64,000 bases of DNA from Zootoca vivipara (taxonomy: Eukaryota). Location: positions 38,750,001-38,814,000 of the forward strand of contig NC_083284.1 of the NCBI RefSeq assembly GCF_963506605.1. The letters are read 5' to 3'. Position numbers and translations under genes: made by a program. Below, one piece after another: positions 25,213 through 39,545 of the stretch (its first letter is position 1; every line of letters begins with the position of its first letter). Under the pieces are notes generated by a model. The model was given only the letters and a program-made list of their open reading frames with translations, was not told the origin of the DNA and searched no databases.

Positions 25213-26035
25213 CATTTTTGAAGACATTTGCAGATGGAGAAGTCAATTACACATCTGCTTACTTGGAAAAGCTGAGAAGTGCAAAGTGGTAACAAAATCT
25301 CATCACCGCCCAAAGCTCAGACATATCATCTGCCCACCCCGTTCCCTGAGAGATCTGTATAGTTTGGATACAACTTTAGAAATGGAATGTGTGGATCAGA
25401 CTTCACCTTTGAACTTAAAAAACAAAACTGTTAAGGATTTGGAAGCTAATCATAGGATCAACATGTTGATTTCCATATTGTGTTGAAAACAGTTACAATT
25501 TAATGTTTCATATTACTTGCATACAATCATGTTCCTGCATTGTATGCATAATACAGTATGAGCAACCTTGAATTCAAGCAACTGATAAGGTACCTAGGAT
25601 TCAGTTATGGTGATGTATCTTGTGCTTTTTGGTTCTTTTGCGTCCCACCAAAATCTCTCCTTCTGCTTTAGCCCATCTGCCTCTCCACCCTCTACTTCCC
25701 ATGAGTACAACTCTAACGTAGTATGGCAACCTTAATTTAGTACTGAAAATTTGTTGTCATGAAATTTTGCATGCTTTAGTATTGGGCACAGAACCACAGG
25801 GCCTATGCATAAATAGATCCTATGATATATTTGAATGCCAGCTGAATATTCTGAAAACACTCAGTATGCAAACAAACATACCGTACCCGAATCTTCACAA
25901 GGACCACACATTGAGTAAATGCCACGCCCAAATGAAGACAATAGATGGCATCCAATGAAGTCAGCCTGCTTTCAGAACAGGCTTCCACTCTTAAAGTTGC
26001 TCATGCAACGTTGGATATCACCTAACAGCAAAGTA

Positions 26036-26270
26036 CCGTGTTTCTCATATTATAAGACATGTCTTATATTTATTTTTTCCTCAAAAAAACACACTATGGC
26101 TTATTTTCAAGGGATGTCTTATTTTTTTCCTCCTCCTCCTGCCGCGGCCGGCATTGCTGCTGCGCCTATCACTATGTCTTATTTTCGGGGTATGGCTTAT
26201 ATTCGTTGAATGCTTAAAAATCCTGCTATGGCTTATTTTATGGGTATGTCTTAAAATATGAGAAACAGGG
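26036..26270. mobile_element. Tc1/mariner-superfamily (Tc2/pogo-like) MITE
   Basis: TA TSD; TIRs CCGTGTTTCTCATAT and ATATGAGAAACAGGG; repeated (G/T)CTTATTTT motifs; related to the copy at 43967 in opposite orientation. Confidence 0.85.
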
Positions 26271-26482
26271 TACCCACCAACTCTAATGCCCTGGCTTGTA
26301 CGCAATGTTTCTAAAACCTGCCTCAAAAAATGAACAAACCTTTTCTATCCATAATGTATTCAATTAAGTCTATGGAGAAAGAACATTTAAATCACTTAAA
26401 ATTATTGGTACTGGGAAATGAGTGTGTATGTATGAATTTGGAGCAGCTGATTCACAGATAATTAACCTGGCACCTAACTTAC

Positions 26483-26572
26483 CACCTGCATGGCAGAGCT
26501 TCTTGGAGGATGTGGCTCTATGAGCAGTTGGGAAGGAGTCTGTCCAAAACTTCGGATTTGAGCTTCAACAGC
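26483..26572 (-). CDS. LRBA: LRBA coding exon, end of BEACH domain ([30 protein letters not shown])
   Basis: 90 nt, phase 0-0; acceptor ttttccag|GCT, donor GTG|gtaagt; FGQTP.QL..PHP.R BEACH motif. Absent from the ORF track; translated by hand. Confidence 0.96.
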
Positions 26573-27330
26573 CTGGAAAAAAACATAGGCAGGTTTGCAT
26601 GTTAAGAGGTGCTAATTACAGGCAATAGAACCATAACTGTCACCTGAAAATGTCATTCCACACTTCTGGTTTTTTTCATCTTGAAAATCAAGCCCGTGTG
26701 TGCACAGTGGGGCTAAGTGCTTGGCACTGGTATTAAGAATGAGGTAATCATTTTAGTACTCTAGAAGCTATTTCCATGAGAAACTGCAAAACTTCATTCT
26801 GTTCCGTGATATTAAACAGAGACCAGCTATTATAATCAGAAACTCTCCTTATGGACTCCATTTTTCTTTGCTTCCACCGCCTTGTTCTGCTTGCATCATA
26901 TGCCTGCAACAAAAGCTAATATTTTCAGGTACTAAGGAAAACTCAAACCTCTAAGTATTTCTACCTATGTACTGAGCATTACCCCAAAGGTGGAAAAAGT
27001 AGCAAAGGCCTTTAAACAGAATTGTCAATATAAAATGCAATACAGATTACATTTAGGTTGGTATCAGCAGCATAAAATTTAAATGTAACAATGTGTTCAG
27101 AACAACTGTAATTTAAAACTAAAGTATTTTCTATATAAGCTCTTTTCTAAATAATGAAATGAATTTTTATGAACAATATTCAATTAATTAAAAAGATTAC
27201 ATTGAAATGCAGAGATAAATATGGGCTGCCCTTTCATAGTTTGAAGTTGTAATCCTGTGTACTGGTAGGGTGCTTAAATCCTATTGAATTGAAGCAACCT
27301 TACTGTATGAAGGACTGCAATCTAAATGTT

Positions 27331-27661
27331 AAGGTAAAGGGACCCCTGACTGTTAGGTACATTCACGAGGTTGTGGCACTCATCTCACTTTACTGGCCGA
27401 GGGAGCCAGCGTACAGCTTCCAGGTCATGTGGCCAGCCGCTTCTGGCAAAACCAGAGCAGTGCATGGAAACGCCATTTACCTTCCTGCCACAGCAGTACC
27501 TATTTATCTACTTGCACTTTGACGAGCTTTCGAACTGCTATATTGGCAGGAGCTGGGACCAAACAATGGCAGCTCACCCCGTCACGGGGATTCAAACCGC
27601 CGACCTTCTGATCGGCAAGCCCTAGGCTCAGTGGTTTAGACCACAACGCCACCCGCGTCCC
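27331..27661 (-). mobile_element. Sauria SINE, full length with small internal deletions
   Basis: Starts GGGACGCGGGTGGCG on minus; TSD TAAATGTTA (27323-27331, 27662-27670). Confidence 0.93.
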
Positions 27662-27847
27662 TAAATGTTACAAAGTGATAAATTGATTGAAATGTCTTGA
27701 AATAGCAAGTATTCATTCTTTAAATAGCAGATCTACTTAATTTGCTCTAGTTACAAGCCAAGACATTTATTTTGTATCTTTTAAAGACTTTTTGGCAAAT
27801 AGCTCTGGAGAAAACTACCATGCTCTTCAACCGAAAGGTCTACACCC

Positions 27848-27975
27848 CAGTCTTCCCAACCCTGGTCTCCCATATATTGCTGAAGTACAATTCCTATGAT
27901 CTCTGACCATTGACCATGATTGTTTGGGATGACTAGGGTTGTAGTCCAACATCATCTGAAGATCCAAGGGTGAAA
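27848..27975. mobile_element. Degraded palindromic hAT-type MITE (further old copies near 47555-47680, 56015-56165, 61577-61705)
   Basis: Shared core ctcca.atgtt...tacaa.tcc.a..at / ggg.gttgtagtcca..acatctg.ag. Confidence 0.6.
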
Positions 27976-28464
27976 CTTACAGTAAAGGTCTTAGCTTTAT
28001 TTAAATGATAATATTATGAAAATAGTAACCTACACAGAATCATGACACTAATTGTGACAGTTCCAATCCAATGTGGTGACCCAACTCCAAGTAAACTCAG
28101 AGGAACTGAGGGAGTGAATTAGCATTGTTCCAAATGTGATCCTGAATCTATAATGCAAGCATCTTCATACTTCGAAATAGGAGCAGCTTGTGCTCTCCAG
28201 GCGTATGAGGACAGGCCTGCATGGTCTAAAGAAGGAAGAACTGCTGCCAAAATGGAAGCCTTGTGTTGAGTTCTCCTTCATTGCCCATATCAAAGTGAAG
28301 TGCAATTGACCCCAAGTCCGATACTTCCATGCTGTGCACATCAGAGGCCACAGGAGCCAAATGACGTGAAGCAGGACTCAAAGCTGTTGCAATGACACCA
28401 GGACAGGAGTAAATTGAAGTAGCTTCAAGGACATGGCCCTTGTACAGTGTGTCATAATGATACT

Positions 28465-28511
28465 GAAGCTAAGCAGATCTGTGCCTGGGCAGTGCCTAAA
28501 TGAGAGACTGC
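28465..28511 (+). mobile_element. 5S rRNA-related fragment, probably part of an old SINE
   Basis: GAAGCTAAGCAG...GCCTGG..AGT...GAGAC aligns with the 5S internal control region; box C is degraded. Confidence 0.5.
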
Positions 28512-28943
28512 ATGCATATGGATCCTTGAGTTCCAAGGGTGGGCTGGAAACTAAGCACTCTGCAGCCAATACAGTTCTATCCCAAGGTTATCTATTATCT
28601 CTGGTCTTCAACAGTAGAACACATTGATTTATCATACATTCCAAGAACTGCAATGAAACTGCCAGGGAGTTGGGGTTGGCTATTACTCTGCCATATAAGC
28701 TTTTCACTAGTGAAAAGTTTCCCACATCATCATCTAATTAAAAAGGAATACAATTAATCTGGAACATCGACTACAATAATACAAAATTGCACAAACCAAC
28801 ATTTTAGCTCAATGCTTCTAAACATTTCAGTAATAAAAAGTTCTATTTCTGTTAGTCCTCTGTAATAACAGAACTTTGGTTCTTTCCATAATTGTTCCAG
28901 ATGCTGTAAAATGAGGCTATAAAATGAAACAAACTATAGGACT

Positions 28944-29127
28944 NNNNNNNNNNNNNNNNNNNNNNNNNNNNNNNNNNNNNNNNNNNNNNNNNNNNNNNNN
29001 NNNNNNNNNNNNNNNNNNNNNNNNNNNNNNNNNNNNNNNNNNNNNNNNNNNNNNNNNNNNNNNNNNNNNNNNNNNNNNNNNNNNNNNNNNNNNNNNNNNN
29101 NNNNNNNNNNNNNNNNNNNNNNNNNNN
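28944..29127. other. Assembly gap (184 N)
   Basis: Run of N. Confidence 1.
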
Positions 29128-32100
29128 ACATGTTAAGCTGAAAAATATGTTAATGTGCAATGAACAAATGATTAAATATTGATCACTTGTACTGATTGTG
29201 TATATACACACACATACGCAACTGGTTACCAGGTGTGTGGAATTACTTTTTTGCTTTCTCTTCTCTCTGGCAGTAATAAAGAGGCAAGAGAAATGTAGAC
29301 TTTCCTTGGCAGCATTTTAGTTTTTAATTTAATGCGTAGTTCCAGTCTCTGAACATATTATATATTCCAGTACTCAGTTTCTGAGGAGATGTGGGAGACC
29401 CAGGCTGTTTGGGAGTCATACCATCTGCCCTGGAAGCCTGCTACTTAATACTAAACATGTGGGAACAGGATTCAATTGCTCAATGAGGAGGCAAAGGAAC
29501 TCTGCACATGCTCAAAAGCATTTTTAAAAGATCACTTTACATGTTCCAAGCTTTAGCTCTCCTATTATAAACAGCTATTGGGCTGAGCTTTTTTGAGCCC
29601 TGGCATAAATTAAACTCTTCTCTCTTTTAACTGTGAAAAAAAGTTAATTCAATAGTATGCAGTGCCCACCAAATAGGGTTGTAAATTTCTCCAGGAGACG
29701 CGTATTAGAGAGTTTGAACATATGGATGCAGTTAAGGCAAAAACAGATGTTTGTTACTTTTCTTTGCAGCACCACTCAGAAACGAAATCAAAATTGCTTC
29801 CCCTCCGTGTTTATGTCTGAAAAGGACTATAAAATGGAATGGGAAGGAGGTAGAGGGAGAAGTGGAAGACAAAATGAGGAAAAAAAGAATGGGATTGCCT
29901 ACAGTTTTAGTGAAAATAATGAGTGTGATTAAAGCAATCTCAAATGCAGTGATTGAAAGCATAACAATATCGAGTTTTAACAAAACTTGTTAATATTGAG
30001 GAAGTTGCTTAAAGCTACTTTTCATCAATCATACAATATCACAAAGGTATGTATCTTGGATCATCTTGCATATATTAGATGCATTTGTGCGGGATTCAGC
30101 AGAGTCCATATAAAAGATGCCAATTTTCTACACAACATTGTGAATGTTGTAATACTCTCAAGCTTCAAGCTACAAGCAACTGAAACTAAAATGTGCTTCT
30201 GTCAATCAAATATGGTGAGTTATTATTTATGTATTCAAAGTTTCACCTGGCATCTTCCCATGATTCAGAGCAGGTTGCTCCTGATGTCCAGTTTTATCCT
30301 CACAGCAATATCTGCTGAGACTGAGATAAAGCACTGAGCCTAAAATCACCCAGTGAACATCCTTTCTGGCTGAGTGAGATTTAAACCCAGCAAGCAGCTT
30401 TACACCACACTAGAGCTGATGGCATGAGGCATGTGGTTTGGGGTGAGGGAATTGAGTGGAATATTTTGGTGTTGCCAGGACACACATCGAAGAAATGGTT
30501 TTCCCATACCTTTTGGTTCATACACCACTTACGTTCAGCATAATTATGGCTCTTGGCTTTGAAAATAATCAGTGATTTCTAGCTATTCCTTTCCTTTAAG
30601 TGGCATGCTGCTTGAGAGCATCAGGGAAGACTGACTTTCCATTCAAATGGTGCAGTTTAATGGCACATATAGGGCACTGTGGGATACTGCCCCCCCCCCA
30701 ATTTGCAGGACCAGAAAAGGTTTATGTAGGTATGTGCAGAATATCAGAACTTTGGGGGAGGAATGAGTAAAAGTTGCTCATGAGGAGTCGTCACCCCCAC
30801 TCCTCATGCTTGTGCTTCATGGTGACTTCAAATCTGCTCCCAAGAACAGATTTAGGGGGCATGTTTGGGGAGAAGTCCTGTTGTGCAAATGGAATTCATT
30901 CCGCTCCTACAAAGTTACTTAGTGATATTGATATTTTGATCTATATATGGCAAAAGTTTCTTTTGGAAGAAAAGAAGTAAATACTAAATTGTAATTCTTT
31001 TTAAAGGAATAATGGGCTGGATTCAAAGTTGGATGTGCAGAAAGCTGCTGTACATTTTGCCTCATATTTTTATTGGCTGTTGTATGAATGTCTGATCAGA
31101 GTGTCTGCTTCTCCCTCATAATAAAGACAGACAGATAATTCTGGTAAAAACAGTAAGCATGCTTTTAACAAAAAATACAGTTAGTGTTAAATGTTTTGAA
31201 GTTGTAGAAGCAAATATCAACCGTTATCAACTGTGGATAACAGAAGCCTAGCTTTTCCAATACTAGCAGGCAGGATGGCAAGTGAGATGGCCAAGGGATG
31301 AAATGTAATTCTTTAACTATTTTTAATTTTCAATTGCCATGAATTGTCACTCTGGATGTGATTTGCTTCCTAAAGTCATTTTCCCCCTGATGCATCAGGT
31401 ACCCATCAGTAGAGAATGGAAATTAGGTTGGGCAGGAAAATAAACACAGCTCTGAAAGTCTTATGCTCATATCTTGAGCTACTTGGAAAACCTAACAATA
31501 ATATATTTTCATCTGCAATATGTCAATTATCAAAGATTATGTGCAGAAACTAACAGGTCTCTATGTTGTCATTTTTATTTGGTTGTAAAATTCTGACTGG
31601 ATATTATTTTGGGGTGCCACTACTACTCTCAAGGTGCTCTTTCGATGGAGAATGTGGACGGGGGGAGAGGAAACTTCAGAAGGCAAAAAAGAAAGGTAAA
31701 ACTTTTTAAAGCATAATCATCGGGTCTCCAGAACTCCATTATATGTAAAAAATAAACTTTATGTGAGAAGGGGGGAAGGGTGTATGAAAACCTACTTTGT
31801 CCAGTCTAATTATAAGAATAGCTGTTGTGGGCAATTACATTACAGCCAGTGAGTTAAAACAGAAAAGTAATTACAGTTTGTGAAAACAAGGATTTATTTT
31901 CCCTTTCAGAGTCATGCAACTTGCTCTAATCTGAATCTGTACATTCCAGGCATATTAAACTGAGGCCTAGTGCAGCTTCAGTGCAATCTTCAATTCATGC
32001 AAACTGTCCATCTACTACATTGTAATCCCAGCTGCCAATCTGAAATAAACCAGTTAGTCAGAGCAGACACAACCTACAGAAACAAATGTCACTCAATAAT

Positions 32101-34254
32101 GTTCAGAGGCACTGGGTTCATGGATAATTTCAAACAGTATCTCTGTCTGGAACACTGATGTGCTCATTGAGAACACCTAAATCTCTAGCTACTGGAAATA
32201 AGCAGATAAAGTGGAACAAGAAAAATAGGCCTGCAAAATACTTCAAAGAGACTTAAGAGAAAATGCCAAAGGAATTCAAAGTAACTTGAAGGAAGAATGA
32301 CTGAATGTAATGCATGCAAGAGTGCAGATACTTTGGGGATGGCGCAGATTTCATTATGAGATTAGGAACCATCACACTTATTTTCACACAGTATGAGAAT
32401 ATCATTCAGGCTGTACTGCCACATTTCACGGTTAACAATGTTGGATAGCAGGGCAGAAAAGCGCTCAGCATAATGATACCAGGTCCTGAGTTAAGTTCTA
32501 CTAGTAACTAAACATTACAGAGAGTAAAGGGATAGCTCAACAAATGGCTGTCAGTTTGGACAGCAGTTGTGTTTCCCCCCCCCTTAAGTTTAGTCCTCTA
32601 CCCCAGATTGTTAAATTAAATGGACCTTTGAATTTACTGATAAGAAGGTAATTCTTATGCTTGCTCTTGTGCCAGAGCCAACCGAGTTTCATTTCTCACG
32701 GTAAGTACAAGTTGTGCCAAAGAAATTACCACACTACTTTTTTCTTATTTATATCAAAATAGTGTTGCTTAAAGAGAAACATCAAATGTTGATATTGTCA
32801 TTAAATCACCATTTAAAACAATACAGTTAGAGCTTGAAAACAAAGATTTTTCTTCACCAAATGGAGTTTGCTTTTAAAACTTTAACTGGTAATAGATATA
32901 AGCAGAATACCCTTTCTTCAAAGGATCCTTATCCAAACAAAATTAATCCATGGTGAAATATGAAGCAGGTTCTCCTAAAAAAATGCACCCCAAAACACAC
33001 CCCTGAATGTATTACCATCTTGCAGTGGGCCTGTTTTTCACTAAGCTTCAGAGAAAGAGATCACAGCCCAGTGCCCACTACTGTTGACAAGCTAAACTCC
33101 AGGTGGCCATGAAAACAATGTATTTGGTTTTGATATGTTCTTTAAAAAAAATCTGGCACAGTTTTATGGTATTTTAAATGCAGGTTTTCAATTAAAAGCA
33201 GACTAATCCTTAACATTTATTTAGCTTTTCACAGTTTCTGTGCTGTGTGCTGTGTCAAGCAAACCATCTGGGCAACACACTTCTGGCCAGTGAGTCTTCC
33301 AACATATTTGTTTCCACAACACTTTCGAATTGTGCATAAATGTAGTATTCAGTTATACACACATTTGAAATATACTCCTTTGCTGCAGCATCCTGTAATC
33401 ACTTTACTGAATTTCTAAGACATGCATCAAAGGTTGTACTCCATCTGCATGTAAACAAGTCCTGCTGATAATTTAAAAGTATTTAGCGACTGTTAAGACC
33501 AGGCTATAAATACAAATGTGTTTAGATTTCCCGAAAGATTCACCAGCTCAGCTGTCTTCATCTGATTTAGAGCTGAAATACCTGGCTCCCACCATGGATG
33601 AAAAGGACTGGGAAGTCAAACATACTTTCTATCTGATAGGATAGCAGACTTGCTACTGCTGTCATTAAATTGGGGTAAACTAAACATTGCTGATGCTGGT
33701 TAAAAAACAACAACACCATCATTCAAATGCTGGCATGTATGAAATAACTAATTTTGGAAAATGCTCAGGCTCAATATATGTCAGACCTTCAGAGGAATGG
33801 AAAACAGGAAGTGGGATAGTAGCTATGCAGAGCTCTAGATATTCATTTCCATCATATCATATCTGATCCACAAGGACTGGGATTCTTCAAGGTTTTTGAA
33901 CAAAGACTAACACAAGAAACTGCAGTAAAAGTGAAGGCAACAAAGGCTAAGAAAGAGACTAATTTCTATTTAGTAATTGTATGTGGGCGCCAAATATCAG
34001 AAAAAATGCCTCCACCCAGACCAGCCCTATCCATTCACCAAGATCTGTCGAGGAACCCCATTTGGTCAATTTTGGTGACCCCTGTGCTAAGCAAAGGCTT
34101 GCATTGCAGAGGTTGGGGGGATGACTTTCCCTGCAGTGGTTCCAGATCTCTAGAACAGACTCCCTCCTGAAGTGCAACATGTCTCTACAGTTTTCAGTTC
34201 AATGTCAGGGGAAGGCACAGCTCTTTGTGCAGCCTTTCGAGGAGGGGTTTTAGT

Positions 34255-34910
34255 CACTAAATTTATATCCTGCCCCTTCCTGACAAAGGGAGGCAAGCAC
34301 ACAAACGGTAAAACATCTAAAAACAATTCCAGTACAGATGCACTCAGAAAGATCTCTGCTGAAAAGGCTTTTTAGAAGAGGATGGTCTTCTGTAGGCATC
34401 AAAAAGGCAAACACAATGGTGCCTGTCTAATACGCAATCAGAATCCCAAAGGCCATCACACTACACTAAAGATCCAATTTTTGTTTTGTATGGAAATCAC
34501 CTACTGAAGAAAGCAGTGATCATACAGGGGGTGAGACAATCTTTCAGGTGTCTTGTACCAAGCTGCATAGGACTTTACACATTTAAACCAGCACCTTGAA
34601 CTTAGCTTGGTAGCTAACTGACAGCCAGTGCTATTCTCCCAGCAGTGGCCTAACATGGTGGCTATATCCTGCTCCAATGAGCAGTCAAGCCACTGCTTAT
34701 GGCACTAGTTCCAAGCCAACCTGCAGGACAGTCCCATATATAGCAGATTGTAGTCATCCAACCTGGTGTTAACCAGGTTTCTGAACTATCCTGGTTCAGA
34801 AACAGCCATGGTTGTTTTACTGGCTGAAGCTGGAATAAAAGTATTCCTAGCCACTGATGTCACCAGGGTCTAAACAACAAAGATGGATTCAGGATCACCC
34901 CAGACTATAA
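34255..34910 (-). mobile_element. Old L2-clade LINE 3' portion
   Basis: accagcaccttgaacttagcttggtagctaactgacagccagtg and related motifs parallel the L2 at 21960-22030. Confidence 0.6.
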
Positions 34911-37699
34911 ATGACATGCATGGTAACCTTAGAATGTTTCATTTCCCTTTCTGCTGCTTGTTTTATCTGTGAATGCTACTGACATTTATTATGATGTTTT
35001 AAGTTATTTATTCTTCAGTATGGTTTTATTGTTTATTGTGGACCACTTTGGAACCTTCAGGTAAAGTGTGGATTATAAATATTTCAATGAATAAATAAAG
35101 CAATTTTAAAAGCAAGCCATTTCTGATTACTTATAGCCTCCTCTTAGGTATCTACATAGTTCTATATTAGTATTAGAAAGATGTTTAGGATATATGCCAC
35201 AAAGAGGTGCATCTCAGCGCGTCTGCACTAGTATTTTCAGCTATCTATATGTCTGAATGCAACACAATAGAGCTTTCAGATTTCTTCTGGTGTTGATGAA
35301 TCTGCTAATCATGTGTTTAAAATTGGACTTTACCAATCCACATAGAATTGCCTACAGAAAAGTTAAAAGGCAATAAATGGATTTCAAAACTGCAATTCAG
35401 ATACATAAATTAACCTATTTTTCTTGTTAACAATAATAATAATAATAATAATAATAATGTGAGATTAACTTGCCTTGGCATTTATCTTATCATACCGAGA
35501 GAAAAGAATTTTTATTTGAACAAAATTTCCTGTTGCCATGTAAAGCAGTGAGATTTGCTTGGAAGTGTCTGTTTCTGTTGTTATATTTTACTTATATATA
35601 TTTTTATTGCCTTCTGTTTGAATTTGAAAGCCCATGCATAAATGAACAATTGTACACTATGCATTCCAGGAGATGAGTTATATCATCTCTTTTTAAAATG
35701 CACTTTATTACTTCTTTTTAAAAAGGCACAGCCTTGTTGATTAATTGATAGTGACTTGAATATGACTTTTTAAAAACTGTGTTCAGTTATAATTGTTCTC
35801 TGAGGCCCTAATATCACACAAAAGGGAAATCGGAAATTGTTTAGGGGAGTCACCAAACATTCTCAAGGAAACAAAGTCTGGAAACCTATGCTGACACTTG
35901 GGACTAAGCCCCATTGAGCTGAGTAGATAAACACAGGAATTGTGCTGTAAGGTAGTTTGGGGTACCAAAAGTTAAAGTATAGATTTTATCTATGCTGTGA
36001 TTTCTGACTAATAGCTTCGGGGAAAGGATGGAGCTTCCATTGGTAAGCTTATTTGCTGTGGGAAAGATAGTGGTCAAAGGAAGCTGCTCTGAATTTTGGA
36101 ATGTGAGAGTAAGTCCTTGAGGAGATGGATTGACAGACAGAGAGATGATGAGGCTGCCAGAGGTGCATGACAAATTCATTTATCACATGGATTGGCAATT
36201 TATCACATGCATATCAGTATGATTACAGAGAGATATGCACACAATCAGATTTCATATTACTTTTACCTTCACTCATAACTAAAAGCAGAATAATTCACCT
36301 TGGGTTGAGGTGGTACCCAATTCTTCTTGGAATCTTCAAGGTATAATACATCAGAATTGATGTCACAATTTTTAAATATATACACACACATGCATTTTAC
36401 ACTGTAGCCATGGAATATGAGGGAGAGGGATATAAGATTCTACTTTTTAGCATGTTAGCTATTGGGAGGTTAATTTGGAGTATGCATATTTAGCACACTG
36501 ATGTGTGTGTATAATCACTCCTAAACATACACCAGAAGAGTTCTTAGTTTTTTTTTAAAAAAAAGAATTCTTGCAGTTTTAATTTTAGAATAAAATCTAA
36601 TTTTAAGAAAAACAGCTCGGAAAAGGGAATGTGTAATCTAGAATATATTAGCAAAACTTTTCTTCTTCATTATCTACTTTCTTCTTTTATCATTGCTTAG
36701 TATGGTTTTTTTTTAAAACACTGACTCTCTTAAAGATGCACACCTGAACGACAACCATTGGCCTCTACATTCAAAGATCTAGAACACATGGAACTGCTTT
36801 TGGGGACATTTGTTCTGAAAATCTCTCCACCCATTGTTTCTGCATATGGATACAGGGTGGATTCAAACAATTATGAAGACTATGCTTGGTTTTTTTATTG
36901 CTAGAGATTATTTGTAAGGGATAATTTGTGACCTAACCCTGAAGCATCTAAAGAGTTTGCTTCCGCTCATAATCTCTTCTATCATTACAGTCCTGACCTT
37001 TCTAATGCTCCTTTTTCACCCTTTTCCTGATCTATCCTGCAGAACATGGGAAGGAATTAAAATACAAGAGAGTAAATACAAACCCCATGCTCTTGTGTGG
37101 GAAAGCCAGGGAACATAACACAGTTTCAGCAGAACAACAAAAGGTTGAAATCTTTATTTAAGATGTCTCACAACATTTCAGAATAGATTTCTAATCTTTT
37201 TTATTTATTTATTTTGGCCAATAAAACCTTGTTTTAGGCCAAAGCACAAGCGAGCTTGCCTCTCAGTTTTATTGGCAATACAGCTGTTTTGGGACAATTA
37301 AAAATTACATAAAAGTTTAATGTGCTGCAGCCTGTTATGCTGATCACATCATGGAAATAGTAAAGTAGGTAATAAAATCCTTTTATTCAGAAATCATACT
37401 GATGCTAGTTTGCCACATGTGTTAACTATTTGGGAAATCATCATAGTGAGAAATAATGTGTTGGTTTTTAGCATCCAGTACTTCTCGGCAAAAAATAACA
37501 CATATTTAGACACACCCTGAATGATTTTATCTTTGCTTCTAAGGACCTAACTAGATATTACAGGGGATACACAACTACTATGAACCGATGTCTCCCCCAC
37601 ATGTCTGCCCAATAGCAACCCATAAATGCAATGCATGATGGAATGTCAACAACACTTTTAGCAACTCCCTATTTCATTCCAGTTAACTAGCTCCTGCTT

Positions 37700-39545
37700 G
37701 CAAGGGACATGGAAACACTGGATGTGATTATATCAGTTTCACTTGACCAGGGGTTTAAAATATTTCTATCACCAAGCCCCCCCCCCCCCCGAGAGTGCTG
37801 AAGATCATTGAGATCTACCAGCCACAAAATGGTGGCAAAGAGATGGAGCTGGTCATAACAGGGTTCACAGCCAAGCTCCATTGTAGTGTGAGGTCCTGAC
37901 ACTGGGCAATTGCGACAGTTAGGGATTCTGATGGTTTACCACCCATCTCGCTGCCTAGCAGTCTTCCTGCCTCAGCTGACAGAGGTGGGCTTGTAGGCTG
38001 GATTGTGCACTCCTTGACTGCTGGTTTTGGGGGACTTCAACATCCATGCTAAGGCAACGGACTTTGGGGGGTGGCTCAGGACTTCATGGCTGCCGTGAAA
38101 ACCATGAGGCTGCCGGGGAAACCAGACGACAGGCCACTCTCTGGACCTTGTTTACTCAAGTGGGCAGGAAGAGGGTGATCTGAAAGTGGGGGATATTGAC
38201 ATCAGTCACTTGTCATGGTCAGATCACCTCCTGCAGAGATTTGGACTTTCAGCGCCTTTCCCCCTCTGCAGAGGCGGGGGACCTTTGAGGATGGTCTGCC
38301 CTCAGAGGGTGATGGATCCAATGGGTTTCCAGATGGCTCTGGGGGATTTTCTGGCTAATATGTCGAAGCTCTGGCCAACCTCTGAAACATCCGAATGGCT
38401 TGGGCCATTCACCTGCTTGGTTCCCTGGTATACTCCAGAGCTTAGGGCGAGAAAACAAGCTGGGAGATGACTGGGAGATGACTCAAATGCAAGTGGAGGA
38501 AAGAACCGATTGAATGTAATCAAACACGGGTGAGGGCTTATAATCGAGCCTACCAAGCGGCAATGAAGGAAGCAAAGAAAGCATACTCTGCTGCCTCCAC
38601 TGCATCCTTACTATGCATTCCGGCAGAGCTTTTCAGGGCAGTGCAGGGCCTCTTACAATCTGGCCTGAAGGAGGTGGAGGAACTGACAGCAGCTTGCTGT
38701 GACTTGTTTGCAAAGCAAAATGAGGACATCCACAAGGATTTTGACTCCACTGCTACAGCAGATTAATCTCAAGGGGTGTCCAAAGCACTTAGTCCTGTTG
38801 TGTTGGATGCGTTTCAATTAGTAAGGCTCAAGGGTGTGGACATGGTGCTTGGATCCATCAGGGTGATGACCACTTGAGCTCTGGACCCCTCTTGGCTGAT
38901 GATGACTAGCAGGGAGGGAATATCTGGCTGGGCCAGGGAGGTGATACATGCCTCCTTGCAAGAGGGGGTGGTCCCTGCTTGCTTGAAGAAGACAGTGGTA
39001 AAACCACTCCTCAACAAATCCTCCCTGGTCTCATAAAATAAAAATACCAGCCAGTTGCTAATCTCCCAGAGGGTGTTGTTTGGGGCATGTTCTTTGGCTC
39101 CACAGAGCCTTCAATGTGGGCTTCCTCAGCGTTCTATTTTATCCCCTATGCTGTTTAGCATCTTCATGAAACCACTGAGTGGAATTATCCAGAGGTATGG
39201 AATACATTGTCAGCAATATGCTGATGAAACAGAGATGAAACAGAGCTCTGCTTCTCCTTTACATCTGCAGGTGTGGCAGTGGAAGTGCTGGAAGTGCCTC
39301 AGCAATAGACTAGATAAGAAGTTAGCAAACTGAAGCTCCACCCAGGTAAGATTGAGGAACTATTTGTGGGCAGTTCCCAAGACCACATGGATGGGAGGCA
39401 TAGCTGCCAAGTTATCCCTTTTTTTAAGGGATTTTCCCTTATGCTGAATAGGCTTCCTCGCGAGAAAAGGGAAAACTTGGCAGCTATGATGGGAGGTGCC
39501 TGTTCTTGATGGGGTTACACTTCCTCTGAAGGAGCAGGTGAAGGG
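37700..39545 (+). mobile_element. Degenerate L2-clade LINE ORF2 fragment (APE endonuclease and RT, internally deleted)
   Basis: Motifs LVLGDFNIHA, HSLDLV, WSDH, PWYTPELRA, CGLPQRSILSPMLFSIFMKPL and QQYADE (degenerate YADD) in the correct order, with frameshifts and stops. Confidence 0.88.

Noticed and set aside
27560-27661. tRNA gene (A and B boxes)
   Set aside because: It is the tRNA-derived head of a Sauria SINE and continues into the SINE body.
37700-39545. Functional reverse transcriptase gene
   Set aside because: Multiple frameshifts, stops, an internal deletion and YADD changed to YADE; a dead L2 fragment.
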